From positions 76,761 through 140,760 of the forward strand of contig JBBSWO010000001.1 of the NCBI GenBank assembly GCA_038046245.1: a stretch of DNA of 64,000 nt. The letters are read 5' to 3'. The notes beneath the pieces are model-generated. The model was not told the DNA's origin. It searched no databases and saw nothing but the letters and a program-made list of their open reading frames with translations. Position 1 is the first letter of the stretch. Each line of letters opens with the position of its first letter. Position numbers and translations under genes: made by a program. Below, one piece after another: positions 7,127-16,788 of the stretch. Source of the stretch: Nanobdellota archaeon. GTDB lineage: Archaea > Nanobdellota > Nanobdellia > Pacearchaeales > GW2011-AR1.

Positions 7127-7720
7127 ATGGTCTGGCTCGAAGTCGAAACAAAAATCAAGCTTTTGGATTCTGAAGTGAAAGAGATGAAAGAGAAGATAAA
7201 ACAGATTGGAATCTTCGAGAAAGAAGGCACCAAAGCTGATGATTATTTTGCCATACAAAACAAACAAGACTATCCTAAAAAAGCTTTCAGGGTAAGGGCT
7301 TTAAAAAACAAGTTCGAGGTCAATTTCAAAAAATGGCTCGTCAACCTTTGGACAAAAGACATTGTCGTAAAGCAGGAATTTGAATTCTCATTGGAAGGAA
7401 AAGAGCAGGTTGAAGATCTTATAGCATTGTTTAGGGATTTAGGATTCAAAGAATGGGTAAAAAAAATAAAACACAACGAGACTTACCAATGGAAAAAAGA
7501 CAAAAGAGCCTCGATTGAAATCAACAATGTTAAACACCTTGGATACTTTTTAGAGATTGAATATTTGTGTCAACCAAAAGAATTGAACAAGGCAAGAAAA
7601 CAAATCAGAGCGGTCATGAAAGAGCTTAAGATAAGGCCAGAGCAAATTGACAATACGGGTTACACTAAAATGCTTTGGTACAAAGGAACAAAAGAAAAAA
7701 GAAAGTTCCTCATGAAATAA
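7127..7720 (+). CDS. CYTH-domain protein (CyaB/thiamine-triphosphatase-like triphosphate tunnel enzyme)
   Basis: 197 aa. N-terminal LEVETKIKL is the ExExK signature of CYTH enzymes, and the size is typical. Confidence 0.7.
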   Translation: MVWLEVETKIKLLDSEVKEMKEKIKQIGIFEKEGTKADDYFAIQNKQDYPKKAFRVRALKNKFEVNFKKWLVNLWTKDIVVKQEFEFSLEGKEQVEDLIALFRDLGFKEWVKKIKHNETYQWKKDKRASIEINNVKHLGYFLEIEYLCQPKELNKARKQIRAVMKELKIRPEQIDNTGYTKMLWYKGTKEKRKFLMK

Positions 7721-7738
7721 AAAAAGAAAATTCTTGAA

Positions 7739-9679
7739 ATGGTAAAATACGTCGTTAAAAAAGGAAAGGTTTTTTGGCCAAGCGACGAGATGAAAAAAAT
7801 CGCTTGGGTCAATAAGTCATCTATTTATCAATATGCAGAAAAAAATCCCATAAAGTTCTGGGACGATTTGGCAAAACAAGGATTGGTCTGGGAAAAATTA
7901 TGGAATGAAAAAAATACTTACGTTGAGAAACTCCCTTATTTCTGGTGGTTTAAAGGAGGACAATTAAACTTCTGTGTTAACGCTTTGGATAGACATCTTG
8001 CTAAAGGATCAAAAACAGCATTGATATGGGTTCCAGAGCCAACAAATGAACCAACAATAAAAATAACTTACGCTGAATTATATGAAAAAGTAAACAAATT
8101 TGCAAACGCATTAAAGAAACTTGGGGTAAAGAAAGGAGAGGCTGTTTCTATTTATCTTCCAATGGTTCCTGAAGCTTTGACAGCAATGTTGGCGTGCACA
8201 AGAATAGGCGCAATTCACTCTGTCGTATTCTCTGCATTTGCTCCAGACGCACTACAATCAAGAATTCTAGATGCTCAGGCCAAAGTCTTAATCACGGCAG
8301 ATGGATATTATAGAAGAGGACAAAAAGAAGACTTAATAAAAAAAGCGGTAAAGGGAGCAAACAAAACAACGATAAAAAAAATTGTTGTAGTAAGAAGATT
8401 GAACAAAAATAAAAATTATTCTGGAAAATTCATAGCTTTTGACAAACTTCTTGAAACAGGCGAAGCATATTGCAAACCAGAAATAGTAAATTCAGAAGAT
8501 CCAATGTTTATACTTTACACTTCAGGAACAACAGGAAAGCCAAAAGGGATTGTCCATGACACAGGCGGTTACGCGGTTCAAGCATACTGGACAGCAAAAT
8601 GGGTTTTTGACTTGCATGAAAATGATGTCATGTGGTGCACAGCAGACATTGGCTGGATAACCGGACACACTTATGCTTTCTACGGCCCATTGTTAAACGG
8701 AGCGACAAGTTTAATCTACGAGGGAACTCCTGACTTCCCAAATCCTGGAAGGTGGTGGGATATAATTGACAAGCATAAAGTTTCTGTTTTCTATACAGCC
8801 CCAACAGCAATAAGGATGTTCATCAAATGGGGAGAGAAATATCTCAAAAATCATAAATTAGATTCATTAAGATTGTTAGGAAGTGTCGGTGAACCTATTG
8901 ACGAAAAAGCATGGATGTGGTATTTCAACAACATAGGAAAAGGAAACTGCCCAATTATAGACACGTGGTGGCAGACAGAAACTGGAGGAACAATTATAAA
9001 TGTTTTACCTGGGATAGGTCCATTTGTTCCAACGGTCTCAGGAAGAAGTTTCCCTGGAACAAGACATGTTATTTTAGATGATAAAGGAAAACAAACTAAG
9101 GAAGGATTCTTGGCACAGTTATCTCCTTTTACTCCCGGAATGTTGCATGGAGTTTACAACAACCACGAAAAATATGTAGAAACATACTGGAAAACATTTA
9201 AGACAAAATATGACACGAGTGACGGAGCTGTGATGAAAGATGGATTAATAAGAATAACAGGAAGAACAGACGATGTTATGAAAGTTGCTGGCCATAGATT
9301 ATCCACAGCGGAACTTGAAAATTCAATTGACAAGTTTAGTTTAGTAAATGAATCAGCAGTCGTTCCAATTGCACACGAAATCAAAGGACAAACTCCAATA
9401 GCATTTGTTGTGTTGAAAAAAGGAAAAGCTTCAGAGGAATTAGCCTCAAAAATAAAAAAGCATGTTGATGCAACAATAGGCCCAACAGCAAGGCCGGAGA
9501 AAGTTTACTTTGTCTCTGATTTGCCAAAAACAAGATCAGGAAAAATAATGAGAAGAATTTTGAAGAATATTCTTAACAACGAAGAGCCTGTTGGATTGAT
9601 GACTCTGACAAATGCGGACTGTGTTGATAAAATAAAGAAAGAAGTCAAAGAGCAGCAAGCTAGTGTTGGGAAGAAGTAA
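7739..9679 (+). CDS. acs: Acetyl-CoA synthetase (AMP-forming)
   Basis: 646 aa. AMP-binding motif [19 protein letters not shown], and C-terminal SGKIMRR with the regulatory Lys context. Confidence 0.9.
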   Translation: MVKYVVKKGKVFWPSDEMKKIAWVNKSSIYQYAEKNPIKFWDDLAKQGLVWEKLWNEKNTYVEKLPYFWWFKGGQLNFCVNALDRHLAKGSKTALIWVPEPTNEPTIKITYAELYEKVNKFANALKKLGVKKGEAVSIYLPMVPEALTAMLACTRIGAIHSVVFSAFAPDALQSRILDAQAKVLITADGYYRRGQKEDLIKKAVKGANKTTIKKIVVVRRLNKNKNYSGKFIAFDKLLETGEAYCKPEIVNSEDPMFILYTSGTTGKPKGIVHDTGGYAVQAYWTAKWVFDLHENDVMWCTADIGWITGHTYAFYGPLLNGATSLIYEGTPDFPNPGRWWDIIDKHKVSVFYTAPTAIRMFIKWGEKYLKNHKLDSLRLLGSVGEPIDEKAWMWYFNNIGKGNCPIIDTWWQTETGGTIINVLPGIGPFVPTVSGRSFPGTRHVILDDKGKQTKEGFLAQLSPFTPGMLHGVYNNHEKYVETYWKTFKTKYDTSDGAVMKDGLIRITGRTDDVMKVAGHRLSTAELENSIDKFSLVNESAVVPIAHEIKGQTPIAFVVLKKGKASEELASKIKKHVDATIGPTARPEKVYFVSDLPKTRSGKIMRRILKNILNNEEPVGLMTLTNADCVDKIKKEVKEQQASVGKK

Positions 9680-9696
9680 AATTATTTCCTGTTAAA

Positions 9697-9954
9697 TTAG
9701 TACAAACTCCTCTTTTTTTCTGGAAAATAATTATTATTCAGATCATGTGTTCTGTCAAAATATATTGCTTCCGGAACACCCTGCACTTTAATAAAAACAG
9801 GAGGAAATATTGCTACTGCATCAACACTAAAATCATTCTTCAGGCCAAAAACATCCCAAACACTTATTCTTTCAGATTTGGCTCCGCACTCTGTTCCCAA
9901 ACCTAAAGCCTCCATGGCACTTATTTGGACTATCTTAACCAAGACCTTTTTCAT
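9697..9954 (-). CDS. Hypothetical protein
   Basis: 85-aa ORF filling the gap between acs and the L41e/rfc genes. No motif recognised. Confidence 0.35.
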   Translation of the reverse strand: MKKVLVKIVQISAMEALGLGTECGAKSERISVWDVFGLKNDFSVDAVAIFPPVFIKVQGVPEAIYFDRTHDLNNNYFPEKKRSLY

Positions 9955-10047
9955 GTTCTTATTTCACCAACAAAACCATACTTTTAAGAATTTATGTAAC
10001 AAACCTCTATCCAAAATCTTTTTAAACTAACTTTTTCTTTCCATTTT

Positions 10048-10164
10048 ATGAAGCGTTCAAGCCGTAGATGGAAAAAGAAAAGACAGATGCGTTGGAAGTG
10101 GCAGCGTAAAAAGCTTAGAAAAGAAAAGCACAAAAGAAAGGTAAAGAGAGCTAGAAGCAAGTAA
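10048..10164 (+). CDS. rpl41e: Ribosomal protein L41e (38 aa, below ORF-track cutoff)
   Basis: MKRSSRRWKKKRQMRWKWQRKKLRKEKHKRKVKRARSK. The KRSSRRWKKK..MRWKW...RARS pattern matches archaeal L41e as I recall it. Confidence 0.75.
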   Translation: MKRSSRRWKKKRQMRWKWQRKKLRKEKHKRKVKRARSK

Positions 10165-10237
10165 TTTTTCTTTAACATATAACAATCCTCTTTTTCACAA
10201 CAACAATCTTTATAAGCAAAATCAATTGTATACTGAA

Positions 10238-11197
10238 ATGGTGTCAGAAATATGGACTGAAAAGTACAGGCCTTCAGAATTCTTAGAAGTTGTTGGCCAG
10301 GATCATGTAATAAAGAGGGTAGAGGCATTGACTTCATCTTTAAACATCCCACATATGCTTTTTGCAGGCCCGGCAGGAACAGGAAAGTCAACTTTGGCTT
10401 TGATAGTTGTAAAAAAGCTGTTTGGAGAAAGCTGGAAAGAGAACTACCTTGAATTAAACGCCTCTGATGAAAGAGGGATAAATGTTGTAAGGGAAAAGGT
10501 GAAAAACTTCGCAAGAACAAAATCTATTGGAAACGTCTCTTTCAAGGTCATTTTCCTTGATGAGGCAGACGCATTGACTCCTGAAGCCCAGCAGGCATTA
10601 AGAAGAACGATGGAAAACTACTCAGCAACCTGCAGGTTCATTCTTTCATGCAACTACTCAAGCAAGATAATAGACCCGATACAATCAAGATGTGCCTTGT
10701 TCAGGTTCAAAATTCTTGAAAAAAAAGACATTGATAAAGTGATAAATAAGATATCTGAAAAAGAAAAACTAGAAGTAAGCAAAGAGGCACAGGAAATAAT
10801 TTACGAGGGCAGTGAAGGAGACTGCAGAAAGTGCATAAACATTTTGCAATCAACAGCATCGATTTCTCCCTCTATAAATGTTGAACTGGTTTCAACAGTG
10901 ATTTCAAGTGCAAGACCCAAAGACATAAAGGTAGTTTTAGATTACGCATTATCTGGAGATTTTCAAAAATCAAGAGAAAAGCTTCTCGATGTTATGCTTA
11001 AAGAAAGTATCTCTGGCCAAGAGGTTATAAAAGCGATACAAAAAGAAATATGGAACCTTCCTGTCGAACCAGACCTAAAAGTCAGGCTTACAGAAAAAAC
11101 AGGCGAAACAGAGTTTAGGATTGTAGAAGGCTCTGATCCGTTCATACAACTCCAGGCACTTTTGGCAAGCTTCGTTTTAGCCGGATTGGCAAAATAA
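10238..11197 (+). CDS. rfcS: Replication factor C small subunit
   Basis: WTEKYRP, Walker A GPAGTGKST, Walker B IFLDEADAL, and SRC motif QSRCALFRF. ATG at 10238 preferred over the track TTG at 10226. Confidence 0.9.
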   Translation: MVSEIWTEKYRPSEFLEVVGQDHVIKRVEALTSSLNIPHMLFAGPAGTGKSTLALIVVKKLFGESWKENYLELNASDERGINVVREKVKNFARTKSIGNVSFKVIFLDEADALTPEAQQALRRTMENYSATCRFILSCNYSSKIIDPIQSRCALFRFKILEKKDIDKVINKISEKEKLEVSKEAQEIIYEGSEGDCRKCINILQSTASISPSINVELVSTVISSARPKDIKVVLDYALSGDFQKSREKLLDVMLKESISGQEVIKAIQKEIWNLPVEPDLKVRLTEKTGETEFRIVEGSDPFIQLQALLASFVLAGLAK

Positions 11198-11218
11198 TTT
11201 TAAAAGAGGTTTTTATTA

Positions 11219-12418
11219 ATGAAAGAACAAAATTGGGTTGAAAAATATCGTCCTAAAAAATTTATAGAAGTTAAAGGCCAAGACGTAGCGATAGAAAAAA
11301 TAAAGCAATTTGTCGACCATTTCAAAAAAGGGGCATCTCTTCCAAAAAAACCAAAAAAATCAATGATTCTTTACGGACCTCCCGGAACAGGAAAAACAAC
11401 TTTGGCACACGTCGCTGCAAAAGAGGCAAATTCTGAGTTGTTTGAACTAAATGCCTCTGACATGAGAGACAGAGAAAGATTGAGAGAAATTTTAAAGCCG
11501 GCAATAGAGCAAAAGTCTCTTGTCAAAGAAAACAAAATAATTCTCGTTGATGAGGTCGATGGAATCTCAAAAGTGGACTGGGGCGGTCTGCCTGAATTGT
11601 TAGTTCTTGTAGAAACATCCGTATATCCTGTGATAATAACTGCAAATGATATCTGGGACAGAAGATTCAGTGTTTTAAGGCAAAAATCAGAGATAACCCA
11701 GTTAAAAGAAATTGATTACAAAACAATATCTTCCATATTGACCGAAATAGCAAAAAAAGAAAGTCTGAAAGTCAACCCGGAGACAATCACCCAAATTTCC
11801 ATCAAGTCAAAGGGGGACTTAAGAGCAGCGATAAATGATTTGCAGTCGATATCAAGGCTGGGCGGAGAAGCTTACTTCACATTTGACGACAGAAATAAAG
11901 AGGTTGACATATTCAATGCATTAAGATTGATATTCAAGGGAAAGCCATCAGAAGAAACGCTGAGAGTTTTCGACTCGGTAAATCTTCCTTTGGATGACAT
12001 CATACTTTGGGTAGAAGAAAACATCCCCGCAGAATATCAAGGAGAAGAGTTAGCGAAAGCATTTGAGAGCTTAAGTAAAGTCGATTTGTTCAAGGGAAGG
12101 ATTTACAAGCAGCAGTATTGGAGGTTTATGGTTTATGAAAACATATTTTTGGGGTATGGAATTTCTGCAGCAAAAAAAGGGACAAAAACTGGGTTTACAA
12201 GCTACAAAAAACCAGAGAGAATCCTTAAGATATGGCTCCATAACCAGAAGGTAGCAAAAAAGAAATCGATTGCACAAAAATATGCATTGAAAGTCCATAT
12301 CGGAGAAAAAAGAGCCATGCATGATTTTCCGATATTGAAAAACATAATCAAGTCAAGCAAAGCGATACAAAAAGAACTTAAACTAACTGAAGAAGAAATT
12401 GAATATGTAGAGAGTTAA
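11219..12418 (+). CDS. rfcL: Replication factor C large subunit
   Basis: [26 protein letters not shown]. Lies immediately downstream of rfcS. Short (399 aa) for the family. Confidence 0.8.
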   Translation: MKEQNWVEKYRPKKFIEVKGQDVAIEKIKQFVDHFKKGASLPKKPKKSMILYGPPGTGKTTLAHVAAKEANSELFELNASDMRDRERLREILKPAIEQKSLVKENKIILVDEVDGISKVDWGGLPELLVLVETSVYPVIITANDIWDRRFSVLRQKSEITQLKEIDYKTISSILTEIAKKESLKVNPETITQISIKSKGDLRAAINDLQSISRLGGEAYFTFDDRNKEVDIFNALRLIFKGKPSEETLRVFDSVNLPLDDIILWVEENIPAEYQGEELAKAFESLSKVDLFKGRIYKQQYWRFMVYENIFLGYGISAAKKGTKTGFTSYKKPERILKIWLHNQKVAKKKSIAQKYALKVHIGEKRAMHDFPILKNIIKSSKAIQKELKLTEEEIEYVES

Positions 12419-12460
12419 AAACTAATAATTATAACTATTTTTAAAGATACCTATTCTCAA

Positions 12461-13507
12461 TCACTTAGCCAGCTCTGCATCAATCATCTGCTTTATCTGG
12501 CTGTATGGAACAGCTCCTTCTACAATTATCCCGTTAACAAAGAATGAAGGTGTTCCGCTAACTCCTGCTGCAGCAGCTTCTGCCTGTTCTTTGGCAAATT
12601 GAGCGTCGTATTTCTTTGAGTCTAAACAAGATTGTAACTTTGTCATATCAGCACCGATGCTCTTTGCAATCTCATTCATTAAGTTCAAGTCCTCAACTTC
12701 TGTAGCTGATTTCGCAAATGCCAAAGGATAGAATTTCCAGTAGAGATTCTGATCATTCAAGCACCATGCAACAGATTGGGCTGGCTTCCCACCGCTATGG
12801 CCGAAAGTGTACTTTGTAACAAACCTGACTTTCCCAGTGTCAACATAATCTTTCAAAAGATTAGAAACAATTGGTTGCCAGCTTGGATTCTGAGTCTGTA
12901 AAGAAGATGCCATTTGGGCATTATACCCTGATGCAGCCTGACAGAATGGGCAGGAAAAGTCTGTGAATTCAACAACAGTAACCTTTGCATTTGCATTACC
13001 TATTGCTGGTGAATTGTCTAAAGGAATATTAACTGGTGAAGAACCTGAAGCAGAAGCAGTCCCGCTTCCAGAATTTGTTTGTTGAGCCTGCTGCAATACA
13101 GTATCAAAAGGTGCAACTCCTTGAACAAGATTCTCACCATCTACAGTCATGTAAATTGGAACCTGCTGGCCTTGGTAAGAGATTGTGACAACATAAAGAC
13201 CGTTCTTTATCTCTGAACCAACAAGAGTGGCATCATTACCAACTTGCGACTGAACAAAACTCATTATTTTTGCTTCAACATCAGCTTTAGGAATGATGGA
13301 AGCACCATCAATTTTTCCAGAGCTTCCTGAGAAATTCCCAATCAATAATATCAGAGTGACGATTGCCAGTATAAGTGTAGAAACAATCCAAGGATTCTGT
13401 CTCATCCTGTGAGTAAGACTTGGAACACTGTGAGCATGAGCATGTTCTTCAGAAACTTTGTGTTCAACCCTGTCAGTTTTTTTTGCTTCTTTGTCAGCAT
13501 CCATCAA
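12461..13507 (-). CDS. Membrane-anchored DsbA-like thiol:disulfide oxidoreductase (thioredoxin fold)
   Basis: N-terminal TM anchor; FTDFSCPFCQ (CxxC) and C-terminal GTPSFFVNG are typical of the DsbA/Thioredoxin_4 family. Confidence 0.75.
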   Translation of the reverse strand: MMDADKEAKKTDRVEHKVSEEHAHAHSVPSLTHRMRQNPWIVSTLILAIVTLILLIGNFSGSSGKIDGASIIPKADVEAKIMSFVQSQVGNDATLVGSEIKNGLYVVTISYQGQQVPIYMTVDGENLVQGVAPFDTVLQQAQQTNSGSGTASASGSSPVNIPLDNSPAIGNANAKVTVVEFTDFSCPFCQAASGYNAQMASSLQTQNPSWQPIVSNLLKDYVDTGKVRFVTKYTFGHSGGKPAQSVAWCLNDQNLYWKFYPLAFAKSATEVEDLNLMNEIAKSIGADMTKLQSCLDSKKYDAQFAKEQAEAAAAGVSGTPSFFVNGIIVEGAVPYSQIKQMIDAELAK

Positions 13508-13629
13508 AACGAAATGAAAACGGCATTTATAAAGTTTATGAAGAGTTCAAAGATATTGTTTGAAATTATGATAAAGTGCAGAAATTAATCATAACAAAAA
13601 TATAAAAAGAATTTTTTCTTTCATAATCA

Positions 13630-14937
13630 ATGCCATACGACATAATAGTTGGAAGAAATGAAGCTGACAAAAAAGCATTTGGAAACAAGGGCCTAATATA
13701 CATTGGAAAAGGTTTCGTGAAGATGGGCCAATACACTTCTTTAAGCAACAAGATATTGATGGATGTTTCAAGGAGCCATGTTGTGCTTGTTGCAGGAAAA
13801 AGAGGGTCTGGAAAATCCTACACTCTTGGAGTGATTGCTGAAGAACTCTCAAATTTACAAAAAGAGGCAAAAGAGAATATTGCATCATTGATATTTGACA
13901 CAATGGGGATCTATTGGACAATGAAATACAAAAATGAAAAGGACAGGGATTTGCTTTCTGAATGGGAACTGAAAACCCAGAATCTTCCTGTAAAAATATT
14001 CGTTCCTTATGGGCATTACCAAGATTATATTGAAAAAGGCATTCCAGCTGACGAAAAATTCGCGCTTGATGTAAATGAAATGGATTCAGAAGATTGGATC
14101 TTGACTTTTGGTTTGAACATTACAGATCCGATTTCTATTTTGATAGAAAGGACAATTCCAAAAATAAAATCAAAAGGCATCAACATAAAAAAAATAATAG
14201 CTGAAATCGAAGCAGATAAAAAAACAGATGAAAATGTGAAAAACGCCGCAATATCTTTATTTGAAGCGGCAGAAAACTGGGGAATTTTCGGAGAATCGTC
14301 AAAAGATGCAACAAAAGTCTCTGATTTGATAATTTCAGGAGCAACGTCAGTCCTTGATTTAAGTGTGTACAATTCTGTTGGAGCTTTCAATGTAAGAGCA
14401 TTAGTCATAAGTTTAGTCTCAAGAAAAATTTTCAATCAAAGAATGGCCTCCAGAAAAGCAGAAGAGGTAAAATCAGTTGCAAGAGGCCTCGATTATTCTT
14501 TTTCTTTAGAAAGAAAAGAAAATCCGATTGTTTGGCTTTTTATAGATGAGGCCCATGAATTTTTACCTTTACATGAAAAAACTTTGGCAACAGATTCTTT
14601 GATACAGATTTTAAGAGAAGGAAGGCAGCCAGGAATTTCTTTGGTGCTTGCAACACAACAGCCTGGCCAGATTCACAGAGACGTCATGACTCAGTCAGAC
14701 ATAGTAATAAGCCACAGGGTTACGTCAGCACCCGACTTGGAAGCCCTGAATTTCATAATGCAGTCTTATCTTCTCGACAGCATAAAAAGATACATGGACG
14801 ACTTGCCTTCTTTAAGAGGTTCTGCAATACTTCTTGATGATAATTCCGAAAGAATATATCCGATGAGAATGCGACCAAGATTTACTTGGCATGGTGGGGA
14901 AGCTCCAACAGCAATAAGCCCCGAAAAGAAGATTTAG
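13630..14937 (+). CDS. HerA/FtsK-like P-loop ATPase (DUF87 family)
   Basis: 435 aa. Walker A VAGKRGSGKSYT, Walker B WLFIDEAHEFLP, LATQQPG, and ISHRV sensor-like motif. Confidence 0.7.
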   Translation: MPYDIIVGRNEADKKAFGNKGLIYIGKGFVKMGQYTSLSNKILMDVSRSHVVLVAGKRGSGKSYTLGVIAEELSNLQKEAKENIASLIFDTMGIYWTMKYKNEKDRDLLSEWELKTQNLPVKIFVPYGHYQDYIEKGIPADEKFALDVNEMDSEDWILTFGLNITDPISILIERTIPKIKSKGINIKKIIAEIEADKKTDENVKNAAISLFEAAENWGIFGESSKDATKVSDLIISGATSVLDLSVYNSVGAFNVRALVISLVSRKIFNQRMASRKAEEVKSVARGLDYSFSLERKENPIVWLFIDEAHEFLPLHEKTLATDSLIQILREGRQPGISLVLATQQPGQIHRDVMTQSDIVISHRVTSAPDLEALNFIMQSYLLDSIKRYMDDLPSLRGSAILLDDNSERIYPMRMRPRFTWHGGEAPTAISPEKKI

Positions 14938-14971
14938 GAAGATTTTTAAACCAAAAACAATCTTGAAAATA

Positions 14972-15205
14972 ATGGAAGCACACTCAGAAAGTCAAATAAG
15001 AGCAAGATTAAGATTTTTAACAAATTCAGCCGGAAGTAGAGGCAGAGCCATATCAAGAATAGCTAGAGAGTATGGAGCTAATCCAGGTTTATATTATCTA
15101 AGTATGACTGATGATCAAGTAGTCAGAACAACCCAAACGAATCAGTCAGTCCCATCTCAATTAGAAAACGAAATGTTAAACGAAGCTAGGCAGTATACTT
15201 TCTAG
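14972..15205 (+). CDS. Hypothetical small protein
   Basis: 77 aa from ATG 14972 (track starts at TTG 14963), 35 nt after the HerA-like gene on the same strand. No motif recognised. Confidence 0.35.
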   Translation: MEAHSESQIRARLRFLTNSAGSRGRAISRIAREYGANPGLYYLSMTDDQVVRTTQTNQSVPSQLENEMLNEARQYTF

Positions 15206-15211
15206 AAAAAT

Positions 15212-15985
15212 TCACAAAACCACTAAATCAACCCTAATTCTGTTCTTATAAGGCGCAATCTCACCGGCATTTTTTATCTTTAGGATTTTAATTTTTTTCT
15301 TAGCTTTCTTGGCTTCATTCTTTATTTTCTCCAAAATCAGATTTTTCTCATCTTCCAAACAAAAGTCATAATAATAAATTCTCGTCCCTTTTTTGGACAA
15401 AGAAAAAGCTTCTTTCAAAAATGAATCTTTAAGTTGTGGCCTAGGCATGACTATGACATCAAATTTTTCTTTAATCTTCTTGACAACTCTTTTGATATCT
15501 CCATCCAAAAAAACAATTTTGTCTTTGACTTTGTTCAATTCAGCATTAAGTCTTCCGTATTTGTTCGCTTCCCGGTTTAATTCATTGCTATAAACTTTAG
15601 AAGCTTTTGAATTCTTAGCGATTGTTACAGGAAAAGGAGCGACTCCTGCAAACATAACCAAAACTTTATCTTTTGGTTTTATCAAACTCGCAATCTCTTT
15701 TCTTTCATTGCTTAATCTTGAAGAAAAATAAGTCTTATCAATATTAAACCTGAAAACACATCCGTTTTCCCTATAAACAACTTCTTTCGTATTTTCTCCA
15801 GCAACAAACTTCATTGAGGGTTTTCTAAGCCTTCCTTTGAATCTCCCGATTTTTTCCAATACAGTCTTTATAGAACCATTTGATTTCAAAATCTTTAAGG
15901 CAAATTTCTTCTTTTCTTTAGGATTATAATTTTTAGGAAAATTCACTATTGCAATATTCCCCAAAAAATCGAATGCGCGAACCAT
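15212..15985 (-). CDS. trm5: tRNA (guanine37-N1)-methyltransferase Trm5/Taw22-like (Met-10+ class I SAM methyltransferase)
   Basis: FDFLGNIAIV, VLVMFAGVAPF (SAM motif I), YSNELN (NxLN), and VIVMPRP (catalytic NPP-like position). Start taken at the internal ATG (MVRAFDFLG). Confidence 0.7.
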   Translation of the reverse strand: MVRAFDFLGNIAIVNFPKNYNPKEKKKFALKILKSNGSIKTVLEKIGRFKGRLRKPSMKFVAGENTKEVVYRENGCVFRFNIDKTYFSSRLSNERKEIASLIKPKDKVLVMFAGVAPFPVTIAKNSKASKVYSNELNREANKYGRLNAELNKVKDKIVFLDGDIKRVVKKIKEKFDVIVMPRPQLKDSFLKEAFSLSKKGTRIYYYDFCLEDEKNLILEKIKNEAKKAKKKIKILKIKNAGEIAPYKNRIRVDLVVL

Positions 15986-16056
15986 AAATAAAAAAGCATG
16001 AAACAACATTTAAACTTTGTGGCAAGCTTTATAAAATCCTTTAAACTAGAACAGGC

Positions 16057-16545
16057 ATGGTATTCAACTTAAGCGACATGCTAAATAATATAGATTCTTC
16101 AACGATTGTTCTCGGTGCAATATTCATAATTTGTTTTGCCTTGTTGTTCTTTATATTTTCCAAAGTTTTTTCAAGAAAAGACAGATATGGGATGGTCGAA
16201 CCTAACACAAACATAGCCACTGTAATCTCTCTTTGTATTTCTCTCCTAATTGTTTACGGTTTGAACAAAACCGGAATAGACTTTTCAGATACCTTTTCAG
16301 GGCTGGGATTTTCTTCTGACACACTTTACATAATTGGCTTGCTAGTGTTTATAGCGGGAGCAATTTTCTTGGGCATAAAAACAAAGTGGAACCTTTTGAT
16401 AATTCTTGGGGGGTTATTCATAATACTAAGCTTTTTGAAAGTCGTCTATGAATCAGAGCTCATGTTCATAATTGGAGTAATCCTAATACTAGTATACTTT
16501 GGAATAAAAATGTCTAAGAACAAAAAGAATAAAGGTAAGCCCTAG
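16057..16545 (+). CDS. Hypothetical integral membrane protein
   Basis: 162 aa with four or five hydrophobic helices and a Lys-rich tail. Confidence 0.5.
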   Translation: MVFNLSDMLNNIDSSTIVLGAIFIICFALLFFIFSKVFSRKDRYGMVEPNTNIATVISLCISLLIVYGLNKTGIDFSDTFSGLGFSSDTLYIIGLLVFIAGAIFLGIKTKWNLLIILGGLFIILSFLKVVYESELMFIIGVILILVYFGIKMSKNKKNKGKP

Positions 16546-16547
16546 AT

Positions 16548-16754
16548 TTACTTTTTCTTGAAAGAAAAATAAACCACGACCAATCCTAAAATAAAAAGCA
16601 CCATACCTATAATGTTTGTCGTGCTCGTGTTAAAATCACTTATGGCATTGCCAGTCAAATTTGGTGCAAAGAAGAATAATCCTATGGCCATAAATATCAG
16701 CCCGATGATTGTGAATATGTTCCAGTTGATAGTGTGATTTAATTCCTCAGACAT
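16548..16754 (-). CDS. Hypothetical small membrane protein
   Basis: 68 aa with two TM helices and an LTGNAIS motif after the first helix. Confidence 0.45.
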   Translation of the reverse strand: MSEELNHTINWNIFTIIGLIFMAIGLFFFAPNLTGNAISDFNTSTTNIIGMVLFILGLVVVYFSFKKK

Positions 16755-16788
16755 AGAAAACTAAATAATTGCAAATTTAAATACTTAT

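Noticed and set aside
9984-10520. 178-aa minus-strand ORF
   Set aside because: Antisense to the L41e gene and the 5' part of rfcS. L/F/S/C-rich junk-like sequence, while the sense-strand genes have strong motif support.
14025-14435. 136-aa minus-strand ORF
   Set aside because: Antisense within the HerA-like ATPase gene.
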